A DNA stretch of 63,980 nucleotides, counting the filler, from Acidimicrobiia bacterium (lineage in GTDB: Bacteria > Actinomycetota > Acidimicrobiia > Spongiisociales > SHLN01), in the NCBI GenBank assembly GCA_041619515.1. It is 3 parts of 3 records of this genome, joined end to end, with 100 filler letters (N's around TTAATTAATTAA, not from the genome) between each part and the next. Parts side by side here need not be neighbours in the genome. Positions count along the whole stretch, not along the records: positions 29,188 to 57,446 come from JBFKDW010000036.1; 2 more parts are not named here. One strand, 5' to 3'. The position numbers and the translations under genes are program-made. The notes beneath the pieces are model-generated. The model did no database searches and was not told the DNA's origin. It was given only the letters and a program-made list of their open reading frames with translations. Shown piece after piece: positions 47,378 to 56,100 of the stretch (positions are counted from its first letter, which is position 1; the number at the start of each line of letters is the position of its first letter).

Positions 47378-48282
47378 TGGGAATCACCAGCATGCGAGAC
47401 CGGTTCGGTGACGTGGTCAGCGACGTGCTCGATGTGAGGCCCGACGTTGCGGTGGTGCTGGCCGACATCGGAGTCGGCCGATTCGTGGAGACCGGAGCCG
47501 TGGCCCGGCACCCCGAGCGGGTGATCAATGTCGGCATCCGCGAGCAACTCATGATCGGGGTCGCCGGCGGCCTGGCCCTGACGGGGATGCGGCCATTCGT
47601 TCACTCCTACACCCCGTTTCTCGTCCAGCGGCCCTTCGAGCAAATCAAGCTCTCCCTCGCCCACCAGGGGGTGGGAGCGGTTCTCGTGTCGATCGGCGGG
47701 TCCTACGATGCTGCGTCGGAAGGCCGGACCCATCAGGCCCCCGGCGATGTCGCGCTCATCGACACCCTTCCGGAATGGCAGGTGCACGTCCCCGGCCACG
47801 CAGACGAGGCCGAGGTCCTGCTGCGAGATGCCGCCACCGGCATGGACGGCGTATACCTGCGGTTGGCCGAGACCACCAATCGGGAGGCAATGCCCATCGT
47901 CCCCGGCAGGTTTCACACCGTGCGCCGGGGCGGGGCGGCCACCGTCATCGCAGTGGGGCCGACGCTCGATCCGGTCATCGAAGCGACCGCCGGGCTCGAT
48001 GTGACCATCCTGTACGCGGCGACCGTTCGGCCGTTCGATCACGCCGCGGTTGCCGACGCTCCTTCGACAGACGTCATCCTGGTCGAGCCCTATCTGGAGG
48101 GAACCTCGGCGCGGCACGTCGCCATCGCTATGGAGCAGCGGCCGCACCGGTTGCTGTCCATCGGCGTGCCCCGCCTCGAGCATCGCCACTACGGTCATCG
48201 CTCCGATCACGAGAGAGCGCACGGGCTCGATGCGACCGGGCTTCGCCACCGTATGAGGAGGTTCCTCGGGCCGTCGGCCTGA
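47377..48282 (+). CDS. Transketolase-like subunit (pyrimidine-binding plus C-terminal domains)
   Basis: NVGIREQ, RPFEQIK, THQ, YLRL. Confidence 0.88.
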   Translation: MGITSMRDRFGDVVSDVLDVRPDVAVVLADIGVGRFVETGAVARHPERVINVGIREQLMIGVAGGLALTGMRPFVHSYTPFLVQRPFEQIKLSLAHQGVGAVLVSIGGSYDAASEGRTHQAPGDVALIDTLPEWQVHVPGHADEAEVLLRDAATGMDGVYLRLAETTNREAMPIVPGRFHTVRRGGAATVIAVGPTLDPVIEATAGLDVTILYAATVRPFDHAAVADAPSTDVILVEPYLEGTSARHVAIAMEQRPHRLLSIGVPRLEHRHYGHRSDHERAHGLDATGLRHRMRRFLGPSA

Positions 48283-48305
48283 GGGGGATCGGGGCTCGGA
48301 AGTCA

Positions 48306-48345
48306 TACAGAAAATCTTTGCATGATATCTATGCATAGGTATTAT
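48306..48345 (+). promoter_or_regulatory. Promoter of the ArsR-MFS unit with two overlapping 17-bp T(G/A)CA-N9-TGCA operators
   Basis: TTGCAT (48318-48323) and TATTAT (48340-48345); TACAGAAAATCTTTGCA (48306-48322) and TGCATGATATCTATGCA (48319-48335). Confidence 0.6.
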
Positions 48346-48351
48346 GTGGTC

Positions 48352-48936
48352 ATGGCAGAAGACCGGGAACCCCGCATCGTCCAGCTCGACAGCACCGGGC
48401 TGAGAGCCCTGGCACATCCTCTTCGTTCCCGGCTGCTCGCCGCCCTTCGCCTGTACGGACCGGCCACCGCCACCGGGCTGGCGCGGCGCCTCGACACCAA
48501 CAGCGGCGCCACCAGCTACCACCTGCGCAAACTGTCCGACGCCGGGCTCGTCGAAGAGGACCCCGGCCGGGGCGGGGGCCGCCAGCGCTGGTGGCGAGCC
48601 GCCCATGAGATCACTTCGTGGGCGGAAACCGAATTTCTCGACGATCCCGACGATCGGGCTGCCGCCGACTGGCTGCTCGGGCAGTACACCGGCGTGAAGG
48701 CGCGCTGGGTCCAGGATTGGCTCGCCTCCCGATCCGAGTGGCCGGCCGCATGGCGTGACGCAGCCAACAGCTCAGACATGGAGCTGCATCTCACCGCCGA
48801 CCAGCTCGGGGCCTTGAACGAAGAGCTCCAGTCGGTGCTGCACCGGTTCCTGACCCTGGAGGCCGGCCCCGGCGACGATGCCCAGCGCGTCATCGTGCTG
48901 CTGGACACCTTTCCGTCGCCCGAGCCGCGGATATGA
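48352..48936 (+). CDS. ArsR-family winged-helix regulator
   Basis: LRALAHPLR, ATATGLA, TSYHLRKL..AGLV, RWWRA. Confidence 0.88.
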   Translation: MAEDREPRIVQLDSTGLRALAHPLRSRLLAALRLYGPATATGLARRLDTNSGATSYHLRKLSDAGLVEEDPGRGGGRQRWWRAAHEITSWAETEFLDDPDDRAAADWLLGQYTGVKARWVQDWLASRSEWPAAWRDAANSSDMELHLTADQLGALNEELQSVLHRFLTLEAGPGDDAQRVIVLLDTFPSPEPRI

Positions 48937-50210
48937 GCCGCCCGCCGTCGGACGCGGCCACCGTGACGACCAGATTCCTTCTCCTGCGGGGGATGCGGTG
49001 GCTGCCCACCGGGCTGCTGGTTCCCGTGCTGGTCCTGGTGCTGCTGGAGCGCGGGTTGACGCTGGGTGAGGTCGGCCTCGTGTTCGCCGCCCAGGGGCTG
49101 ATGGTCCTGGTCCTCGAACTGCCGACCGGCGGACTGGCAGACGCCATCGGACGGAAACCGGTGCTGCTGGCCGCCTCACTGTTCGAAGCCGGGGCCGTTG
49201 CCTTGCTCATCGTCGCCGACTCACTGCTGCTGCTGGCGGTGGTGGCCGCCCTCCAGGGGATCTACCGGGCGCTGGAGAGCGGCCCGCTCGACGCCTGGTA
49301 CGTCGACTCCGCTCAAGCGCTCGATCCGGGAGCCGACATCGAGCGCGGCCTGGCGCGAGGCGGCGTGGTCATCGGCGTCGCCATCGGGGCCGGGTCGCTG
49401 CTGAGCAGCCTGCTGGTGGCAGTCCATCCCGTTTCCGGAATCGATCCGCTCGTGACCCCACTGGTCGCCGCGCTCGGCCTGCGGGTTGCCGAGTTCGTAG
49501 CCATCGCCAATCTCGTCACCGAAGCGAAAGGACGGCCCGGCGGCGGCGGCCTGCGGGGGGCGGTGTGGATGGTGCCGGGGATCGTCGCTTCCGCCGTCGG
49601 GACGGTCCGTGCCAGCCGCGTCCTCGTGTCGCTGGTCGTGATCGACTTCGTCTGGGGTTTCGGCATGACGGCCTTCGAGATGTTCACCCCCGCCAAGCTC
49701 GAAACCGTGCTCGATGGCGCCGATCGGGCGGCCGCCCTCCTCGGTCCCACGAACGCCGCCGCCTGGCTGGTAGCAGCAGCCGGCGCCGCCCTGGTTCCAG
49801 TCCTCACCCGGCGCTGGGGAGCGGGCGGGGCCGGTGCCGCACTGCGGGTCGCCCAGGGATTAACGGTCCTGCTGATCGCCCTTGCCACCGGCCCGGTGGG
49901 CGTCATCATCGCCTACGTCTTCACGATGGGGGCCCACGGTGCCGCCAACCCGGTCCATCACGGGATGCTGCATCGGGCGGTCGACGATCCCGGCAGCCGC
50001 ACCACCGTGGTGTCGGCCAACAACCTGACGGCCCAGACCGGAGGCATGCTTGGTGGCATCGCCCTGGGGGCGCTGGCGACCGCCACCAGCCTGACCGCAG
50101 CCATCGGTGTGGGTGCGGCCATCCTGGCCGCCCCTGCCCCGCTCTACCTGCTGGCGGGCCGGGAATCGAAACGCCGCCAGCCCTTCCGCTCCGGAGCCGG
50201 GGCAGGCTGA
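48933..50210 (+). CDS. MFS transporter
   Basis: LELPTGGLADAIGRK, ALESG..DAW; about 12 TM; ATGA overlap. Confidence 0.85.
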   Translation: MSRPPSDAATVTTRFLLLRGMRWLPTGLLVPVLVLVLLERGLTLGEVGLVFAAQGLMVLVLELPTGGLADAIGRKPVLLAASLFEAGAVALLIVADSLLLLAVVAALQGIYRALESGPLDAWYVDSAQALDPGADIERGLARGGVVIGVAIGAGSLLSSLLVAVHPVSGIDPLVTPLVAALGLRVAEFVAIANLVTEAKGRPGGGGLRGAVWMVPGIVASAVGTVRASRVLVSLVVIDFVWGFGMTAFEMFTPAKLETVLDGADRAAALLGPTNAAAWLVAAAGAALVPVLTRRWGAGGAGAALRVAQGLTVLLIALATGPVGVIIAYVFTMGAHGAANPVHHGMLHRAVDDPGSRTTVVSANNLTAQTGGMLGGIALGALATATSLTAAIGVGAAILAAPAPLYLLAGRESKRRQPFRSGAGAG

Positions 50211-50248
50211 GGCCCCGCCGCCATCCGGGTTCGCGAGAATGGGAGGCG

Positions 50249-51259
50249 ATGCCGGCCAATCTGAACCCCGAGTACAAGGCCGCCGAGGCTGCTTTCAAGA
50301 AGGCACGGGATCCCCAGGAACGGCTCGATCATCTGCGGGAGATGCTGCGGGTGATCCCCAAGCACAAGGGGACCGATCACCTGCAGGCGGACATCAAGAC
50401 CCGCATCAAGGAGCTGTCCGCCGCCCTGGCCGGCCCCAAGAAGACCGGTGCCCGCACCGCCCCGGCCACCTTCGTCCATCCCGAGGGGGCTGCCCAGGTG
50501 GCGCTGCTGGGACCACCCAACACCGGGAAGTCCGCCCTGCATGCCCGACTCACCGGTTCGCATGCGGCCTCGGAGGCCTACCCATTCACCACCCAGTACC
50601 CGCAACCGGGAATGTTCGAGGCCGATGACGTCGCCTTCCAGCTGGTCGATCTTCCGGCTGTGTCACCCGAGCATCCGGTCCCCTGGATCGCCAATGCCCT
50701 GCAGTCGGCAGACGGGTGCCTGTTCGTCGTCGACGTCAGCCGGCCCGGGTGTGTCGAGGAGGTGGTGGCGGCCACCCAAATGCTCGCCGATCGCAACGTG
50801 GTCCTGTCTCCGCGCTGGCCCGGCGACGGTGATGCTCCCGGGGACGAAGATGCCTTCACCCTGCATCTGCCGACGGTTCTGGTGGCGAGCAAGGCCGACA
50901 TCGTCGAGCATCCCCGCCAGGAGCTGGCAGTGCTGGAGGAGCTCAGCGGCCTGCATTGTCCGATGCTGAGTGTTTCAGCCGTCACCGGGGAGGGGCTCGA
51001 CGAGCTCGGCCCGTGGCTCTTCGAGCGGCTGGCCGTGGTCCGCGTGTACACGAAGAAGCCGGGGGAACCGGTCGACGGCGGCAAGCCGTACACGGTGCGC
51101 CGGGGCGATACCGTGCTGGATGTCGCCAGGCTCGTGCATCGCGATATCGCCGCCTCCCTCAAGTACGCCCGGCTGTTCGGCGGCCACGGGTTCGAGGGCC
51201 AGCAGGTCGGCCGCGACTACGTCGTCGCAGACGGTGACGTCCTCGAGCTGCACAGCTAG
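50249..51259 (+). CDS. DRG/Obg-like GTPase with C-terminal TGS domain
   Basis: MPANL.PEY, PKHKGT, G1 GPPNTGKS, G2 YPFTT, G3 DLPA, G4 SKAD, RVYTK, TGS tail; GGAGG RBS. Confidence 0.85.
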   Translation: MPANLNPEYKAAEAAFKKARDPQERLDHLREMLRVIPKHKGTDHLQADIKTRIKELSAALAGPKKTGARTAPATFVHPEGAAQVALLGPPNTGKSALHARLTGSHAASEAYPFTTQYPQPGMFEADDVAFQLVDLPAVSPEHPVPWIANALQSADGCLFVVDVSRPGCVEEVVAATQMLADRNVVLSPRWPGDGDAPGDEDAFTLHLPTVLVASKADIVEHPRQELAVLEELSGLHCPMLSVSAVTGEGLDELGPWLFERLAVVRVYTKKPGEPVDGGKPYTVRRGDTVLDVARLVHRDIAASLKYARLFGGHGFEGQQVGRDYVVADGDVLELHS

Positions 51260-51285
51260 ATCGAAGACCCGGTGCCGCGCACCGG

Positions 51286-52179
51286 TCACACCCGCACGAA
51301 TCTCCGCTCGGCCGCACCGGTGATGATCACCCCCAGCAGGATGAGGGCGCCGCCGACGGCGATCCCGATTTCGAGCTTCTCATCGAGGACGATGATCCCA
51401 AGGGTGAGCGCCACCAGCGGGACGAGATAGGCGATGATCTGGGCCCGGGTGACGGTGACGTGCTTGAGCACCCAGTAGTAGGCGAGAAAAGGAAGCACCG
51501 AGCCGACGAGAGCCAGGTACACGACCAGGGCCCACCCGAGTGCGGTGACGCCCGACGGCCAGCCCTCGGCAATCGCAGTGAGGGGTATCAGGATGACGGC
51601 TCCCACCACGAACTGCATGCCCGTCACCTGCACCGGATCGTAGGAGGCAGACCACTTCTTGGCATAGATGTTGGCGATTCCGATGCACACGACTCCGGCG
51701 ACACCGAGGGCAATGGCGAGCACGGGGCGGCCGCCCTCCTCGAGCCCCGAATCGCCGGTGAGGGAAAGGAATGCCACTCCGGCCAGCGCCACCACCAAGC
51801 CAACCACCTTCCCGGAGTAGAGCGGGTCGTCCGGGAGCAGGAAGTGGGCGAAGATGGCGGTGATGATCGGGATGAGGGCGACCAGCAGTCCCATGAAACC
51901 GGCCGATGCGTATTGGTATCCCAGCGTGAAGAGCACAAACGGCAGCGTGAGGTTGAACAGCGACATCACGATCCCCGTCTTCCACTGCTCCCGCCGGCGC
52001 GGGATGGCCCCGGGTCCCAGTTGCAGAAAAGCGAAGATGGCCGCGGCGGCGATGATCGCCCGGAGTGCCACCATCGCCATCGGAGGCACGCCCTGCTCGA
52101 AGGCGGCACGGACTCCCACCCCGGCCGATCCCCAGCCAAAACTTGCCAGGCCAAAGGCCAGCCAGATGCGCAGTCTCAC
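51286..52179 (-). CDS. DMT/EamA family transporter
   Basis: 10 TM with internal duplication; YLVPLVA..LG...LDE. Confidence 0.88.
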   Translation of the reverse strand: MRLRIWLAFGLASFGWGSAGVGVRAAFEQGVPPMAMVALRAIIAAAAIFAFLQLGPGAIPRRREQWKTGIVMSLFNLTLPFVLFTLGYQYASAGFMGLLVALIPIITAIFAHFLLPDDPLYSGKVVGLVVALAGVAFLSLTGDSGLEEGGRPVLAIALGVAGVVCIGIANIYAKKWSASYDPVQVTGMQFVVGAVILIPLTAIAEGWPSGVTALGWALVVYLALVGSVLPFLAYYWVLKHVTVTRAQIIAYLVPLVALTLGIIVLDEKLEIGIAVGGALILLGVIITGAAERRFVRV

Positions 52180-52219
52180 CGAGCCAGACTAGAGGTGCGG
52201 CCGATGTGGCGGACTCTCC

Positions 52220-53305
52220 TCACGAGGCGTCCGGCTCGGCCAGTACCGAGGCGAGCAGGGTGGAGAGGCGTTCGCGTCCCTTCGAGTTGAGATGAACCGG
52301 GTCGTAGAAGAAGCTGTCGTCCCAGGGATCTGGGCGGATCAGCAGTATCCCCTGACGGGATGCGAGATCGTCGAGAGCTCGGCGATAGGCGTCGAAATCG
52401 CTCTCACCATCAGGATGCAAGGGGACGTAGTCGTCGTGGACGACGGGCATGTCGACGAGCACCACCCGCACTCCCCGGGCCTCGAGCTCTTCTATGAGGC
52501 GTTCGAGCGCCTCCAACTGCGTGCCCCCCACCTGGTAGTCGTTGAGCACCTCGTCGCGATACCGGTCGGCAAACTCGGGCAGGAACCGGTAGTCCTGCCG
52601 GGTCGGAACGAACGAGCCGTCGGGACCGATCTGCCCGGGCCCGAGTGGCGAATTGCGCCCCACCACGCTCAGGATGAACTCGGCGGGATCCCGCAGCTCG
52701 AAGCGAATGCGGACCAGCGCAGAAACTCCCTCCAGCCACCCTTCGAACCGGGTCGCCAGGGAGGCCTCTCCGGCGGCGCGTCGCCGCTCGGGAGCCTCGA
52801 CGTAGGCCTCGTAGCTGTCCATGGGGCGGAGCCCGTTGTCGTTCATCTCGCGGCTCCCAAGGCCGATCACAACCACCTCGGGGAGCAACTGCGGCAGCAC
52901 AACCTCCTCGGCCCACAGCTCCAGGAGCCGGGGAGACGCCTCGTACACGGAGGCGTTGAAGGCGGTCGTTCCCTCGCCGGAGCGCGAGAGCACGCTGGGA
53001 TCGAACCCGAAGCCGCTCATCGAGGACCCGAGTACCACGACATCCTGGCCACCGCTCGCCGCCAGGGGCGCCATTTGATCGTATTGGTAGGCGATGGACT
53101 CGCCGCCCCACTCGTGAGCCAGAGCGAGTCGATCCTCGACCAGCCGGGCCCCACCCTCGGCCGCCACCAGCACGGCCAGGACGATCGCAGCGACCGCCAG
53201 CCCGGAGATCCGCCGGCGCGCAGGAGTGGCGTCGAGCTCCGGCTCCTCGGGGCGGGTGTTCTCGTCGATGCTTCTCGTTGTGGCCATGTCCCTGTCCATC
53301 GGCAC
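52220..53305 (-). CDS. Membrane-anchored SGNH-like protein (DltD/AlgJ-like)
   Basis: N-terminal TM, VVVLGSS, FYDPVHLN. Confidence 0.65.
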   Translation of the reverse strand: MPMDRDMATTRSIDENTRPEEPELDATPARRRISGLAVAAIVLAVLVAAEGGARLVEDRLALAHEWGGESIAYQYDQMAPLAASGGQDVVVLGSSMSGFGFDPSVLSRSGEGTTAFNASVYEASPRLLELWAEEVVLPQLLPEVVVIGLGSREMNDNGLRPMDSYEAYVEAPERRRAAGEASLATRFEGWLEGVSALVRIRFELRDPAEFILSVVGRNSPLGPGQIGPDGSFVPTRQDYRFLPEFADRYRDEVLNDYQVGGTQLEALERLIEELEARGVRVVLVDMPVVHDDYVPLHPDGESDFDAYRRALDDLASRQGILLIRPDPWDDSFFYDPVHLNSKGRERLSTLLASVLAEPDAS

Positions 53306-53456
53306 GTACGTGAGTGTCAGTTAGCGTCTCCGGCCGCCGCCGCGCATGGAGGGGACGGGCGCCGCCGGAGAGGGTACCCACTCCTGGTGGCGGTGGCGGG
53401 GGGCGGGCGGCGGAATCGGGACTAACGTGGCTCCAGCCGTCGTGGGAGGGAGGCAG

Positions 53457-54239
53457 ATGGTTCCGTTTCTGGTTCGGATCGGGCCGGTGGCGCTCCCCAC
53501 CCACGAGTTCTTCATTGCCGTCGGCGTCGCCGTTGCCGCGCTCGTGTTCGTGCTCGAGGCGCGGCGCCGCGGCGAGCTCGATGACCGAATGGTCTGGATC
53601 CTGATCGGCGCCATGATCGGTGGGGCTCTGTTCGCCAAGGTCTCGACGGCCTGGCGATACCTCCAGGCCGAGCCCGATCCGTCACTGGCCGGGATCTGGC
53701 TTCACGGGGGCCGCAGCGTGCTCGGCGGCCTGGCCGGCGCCTATGTCGGGGTCGAGGTGACCAAGCGCCTGGTCGGTTACCGGCGCAGCACCGGAGACCT
53801 GTTCGCCCCGGCGGTGGCAATCGGCATGGCGGTCGGCCGCATCGGGTGTTTCCTCACCGAGCAGGTCGGCACCGCCACCACCCTGCCGTGGGGCCTATCG
53901 GTCGACGCGGCCGTGGCGGCCCGCATCCCGATGTGCCCAGGCTGCGTTGCCGGCACGCCCATGCACCCCTCCTACCTGTACGAGATCGCGTTTCACGGCG
54001 TCATGTTCCTGGTGTTGTGGCGGATGCGTGACCGTTGGAGCGTGCGCGGCCAGAGCTTCAAGGTGTATCTGCTCGCCTACGGCGTGTTCCGCTTCGCACT
54101 CGAGTTCGTCCGGGGCAACCCGGTCATGTGGCTCGGCTTGACCGGCTCGCAGCTGTTTCTGCTTGCCACCGTGCCGCTGCTGGTGGCCTACTTTCTGCGG
54201 ATCGCGCGGGTCCCGCTTCCGGCCCGGAGCCCGGCGTGA
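53457..54239 (+). CDS. Prolipoprotein diacylglyceryl transferase-like protein (divergent Lgt paralog)
   Basis: GG.S..GG, GRIGCF, T.LPWG, HPSYLYE, YG.FRF.LEF.R; GGAGG RBS. Confidence 0.82.
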   Translation: MVPFLVRIGPVALPTHEFFIAVGVAVAALVFVLEARRRGELDDRMVWILIGAMIGGALFAKVSTAWRYLQAEPDPSLAGIWLHGGRSVLGGLAGAYVGVEVTKRLVGYRRSTGDLFAPAVAIGMAVGRIGCFLTEQVGTATTLPWGLSVDAAVAARIPMCPGCVAGTPMHPSYLYEIAFHGVMFLVLWRMRDRWSVRGQSFKVYLLAYGVFRFALEFVRGNPVMWLGLTGSQLFLLATVPLLVAYFLRIARVPLPARSPA

Positions 54240-54547
54240 GCGACGACCCTCGGCTCGCTCCGGGCCCACAAGACCCCGATCGGGACAGGCGCGATCGCTG
54301 GATCGGTGCCGGGTTGTTCTTCCTGATTGCCCCCGCCATCGGTCTCGTTGCCGGGGGGGCGGCGGCTCTCAACCCGGCCTTCGGCACCGTCGTCGCCATC
54401 CTGGGAGCGGTCGCCGCCATCTACTACCTCAACCGGCGAGGCACCCAGGTGCTGCAGGGGTGTCTGCTGGCCTTCGCCGTGACGCTCGTTGTCGCCGGCG
54501 GAGCCTGCATCGCCCTCCTCTACGCCATCAGCAGCTCGCTCGGATGA
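54236..54547 (+). CDS. Small membrane protein (3 TM)
   Basis: GTGA and ATGA overlaps with neighbours; hydrophobic helices; two Cys. Confidence 0.7.
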   Translation: MSDDPRLAPGPQDPDRDRRDRWIGAGLFFLIAPAIGLVAGGAAALNPAFGTVVAILGAVAAIYYLNRRGTQVLQGCLLAFAVTLVVAGGACIALLYAISSSLG

Positions 54548-56100
54548 CTGCGGGGTTGCCGGTCCGGTCCGAGCGCATCATGCGCTACGTGCAGGCGTTC
54601 TGCCCGTACTGCCACGAGCAGAGCCCGGACCGCCCGTTGCAGCAGGTGGCCCGCTGCAGCGGCTACCTGGCCGAGAGCGAGGGCCGGGTCTGGCTGGTAC
54701 GAGGTTGTGGCGAGCACGGCCGGGTGGTGACCTTGTACGACGAGCGGCCCGACATCCTCGAATACCTCGAGCAATGGACGGCCGCCACCAAGGTCCACGT
54801 CCCCGACACCCCCGGCAACTATCAGCCGGTCCCGGCCGTGTACCTGCGGGGCCTGGGTGAGATGCAAACCCAGCACACCTGCATCTTGCTGGAGGACATC
54901 ACCGAGGCCTGCAACCTGAAGTGCCCCACCTGTTATGCCGGTTCGGCGCCGGCGCTGACGGGCGTTGCCTCCATCGCCGAGGTGCTCGCCAACGTCGATC
55001 AACGCATCGAACGGGAGAACGGCAAGCTCGACGTGCTCATGATCTCGGGCGGTGAGCCGACCATCCACCCCGGGATCCTCGATCTCTTGCGGGCGGTGGT
55101 CGAGCGGCCGATCACCCGGGTGATCTTGAACTCCAACGGCATAGAGCTCTCGCGCAACGACGAACTGCTCGGTCTGTTGGCCGAACACCGGGAGCGGATC
55201 GAGATCTACCTGCAATTCGACGGGTTCCGGGCTTCGTCCCACAAGTTCCACCGCAATGCCGACCTGCGAGCGGTCAAGCAAAAGGCCATTGAGCGGCTGT
55301 CGGCGGCCGGCGTGTTCACCACCCTGACCATGACGGCGGCGCTGGGCGTCAACGACGACGAGATCGGCGACGTGGTCCAGTTCGCCCTCGACACCCCCTA
55401 CGTCGGCGGGGTTTCGATCCAACCCCAGTTCGGGTCGGGTCGGAGCGGCTCCATCGACCCGATGGATCGGCTCACCCACACCGGGGTCCTGGCCCGGCTG
55501 GGTCCCCAGACCGACGGCCTGGTCACCTGGCAGGACCTCACCGCGCTGCCGTGCTCGCATCCGCATTGCGCCTCGGTCGGCTACATGATCCGCGGCGACG
55601 ATGGCGCCTGGCGATCGCTGGTTGCCATGATCGGCCACGAGCAGCTGAAGGCCCATCTCGACCTCGTCTCCAACCAGATGGCAGGCGACGAGCTGCCCGC
55701 CACCATGCGGGGACTCGTGAAAGAATCCCTGCTCGGGCTGCTGAGCGACCAGAGCTCGCTGTCCCATCCGACCGTCACCGAGCTTTTCCGCAATGTGTGC
55801 GAGAACTGCGACTTGGGCCTCAGCACGCTGCTGCGAATGAGCGGCAAGGCCGGAAAGGAACGGATGCGCCACCAGCTGGCAACCCGCATCAAGCGGATCA
55901 CCGTCAAGCCGTTCATGGACATGAACACGATGCTGGAGGAACGCCTGCTCCAATGCTGCGTCCATGTGGGAACTCGCAGCGACAGCCAGGACCAGTGTGC
56001 TCCGTTCTGTGCCGCCCAGGCGTGGTCGCAGCTCTCGGACATGAAGGTGGCCTCCGCCCCGGCCCGTGGCCGCATCCCGCTGACGGTGCTCGACGCATGA
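54544..56100 (+). CDS. Radical SAM protein, tetraether lipid synthase (Tes/GDGT-MAS, MJ0619/COG1964)-like family
   Basis: N-terminal CPYC...CGEHG, CNLKCPTC radical SAM motif, SGGEPT, YLQFDG, GVNDDEIG, PCSHPHC, PFMD...LLQCCVH...PFC. Confidence 0.8.
   Translation: MTAGLPVRSERIMRYVQAFCPYCHEQSPDRPLQQVARCSGYLAESEGRVWLVRGCGEHGRVVTLYDERPDILEYLEQWTAATKVHVPDTPGNYQPVPAVYLRGLGEMQTQHTCILLEDITEACNLKCPTCYAGSAPALTGVASIAEVLANVDQRIERENGKLDVLMISGGEPTIHPGILDLLRAVVERPITRVILNSNGIELSRNDELLGLLAEHRERIEIYLQFDGFRASSHKFHRNADLRAVKQKAIERLSAAGVFTTLTMTAALGVNDDEIGDVVQFALDTPYVGGVSIQPQFGSGRSGSIDPMDRLTHTGVLARLGPQTDGLVTWQDLTALPCSHPHCASVGYMIRGDDGAWRSLVAMIGHEQLKAHLDLVSNQMAGDELPATMRGLVKESLLGLLSDQSSLSHPTVTELFRNVCENCDLGLSTLLRMSGKAGKERMRHQLATRIKRITVKPFMDMNTMLEERLLQCCVHVGTRSDSQDQCAPFCAAQAWSQLSDMKVASAPARGRIPLTVLDA

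Noticed and set aside
49565..50248. Long N-terminal extensions in the ORF track (GTPase, MFS at 16350, livM at 18957, pknB at 36177, radical SAM at 54163)
   Set aside because: Arg/Pro-rich read-through into neighbouring genes; the real starts are marked by RBSs, stop/start overlaps or family N-termini.
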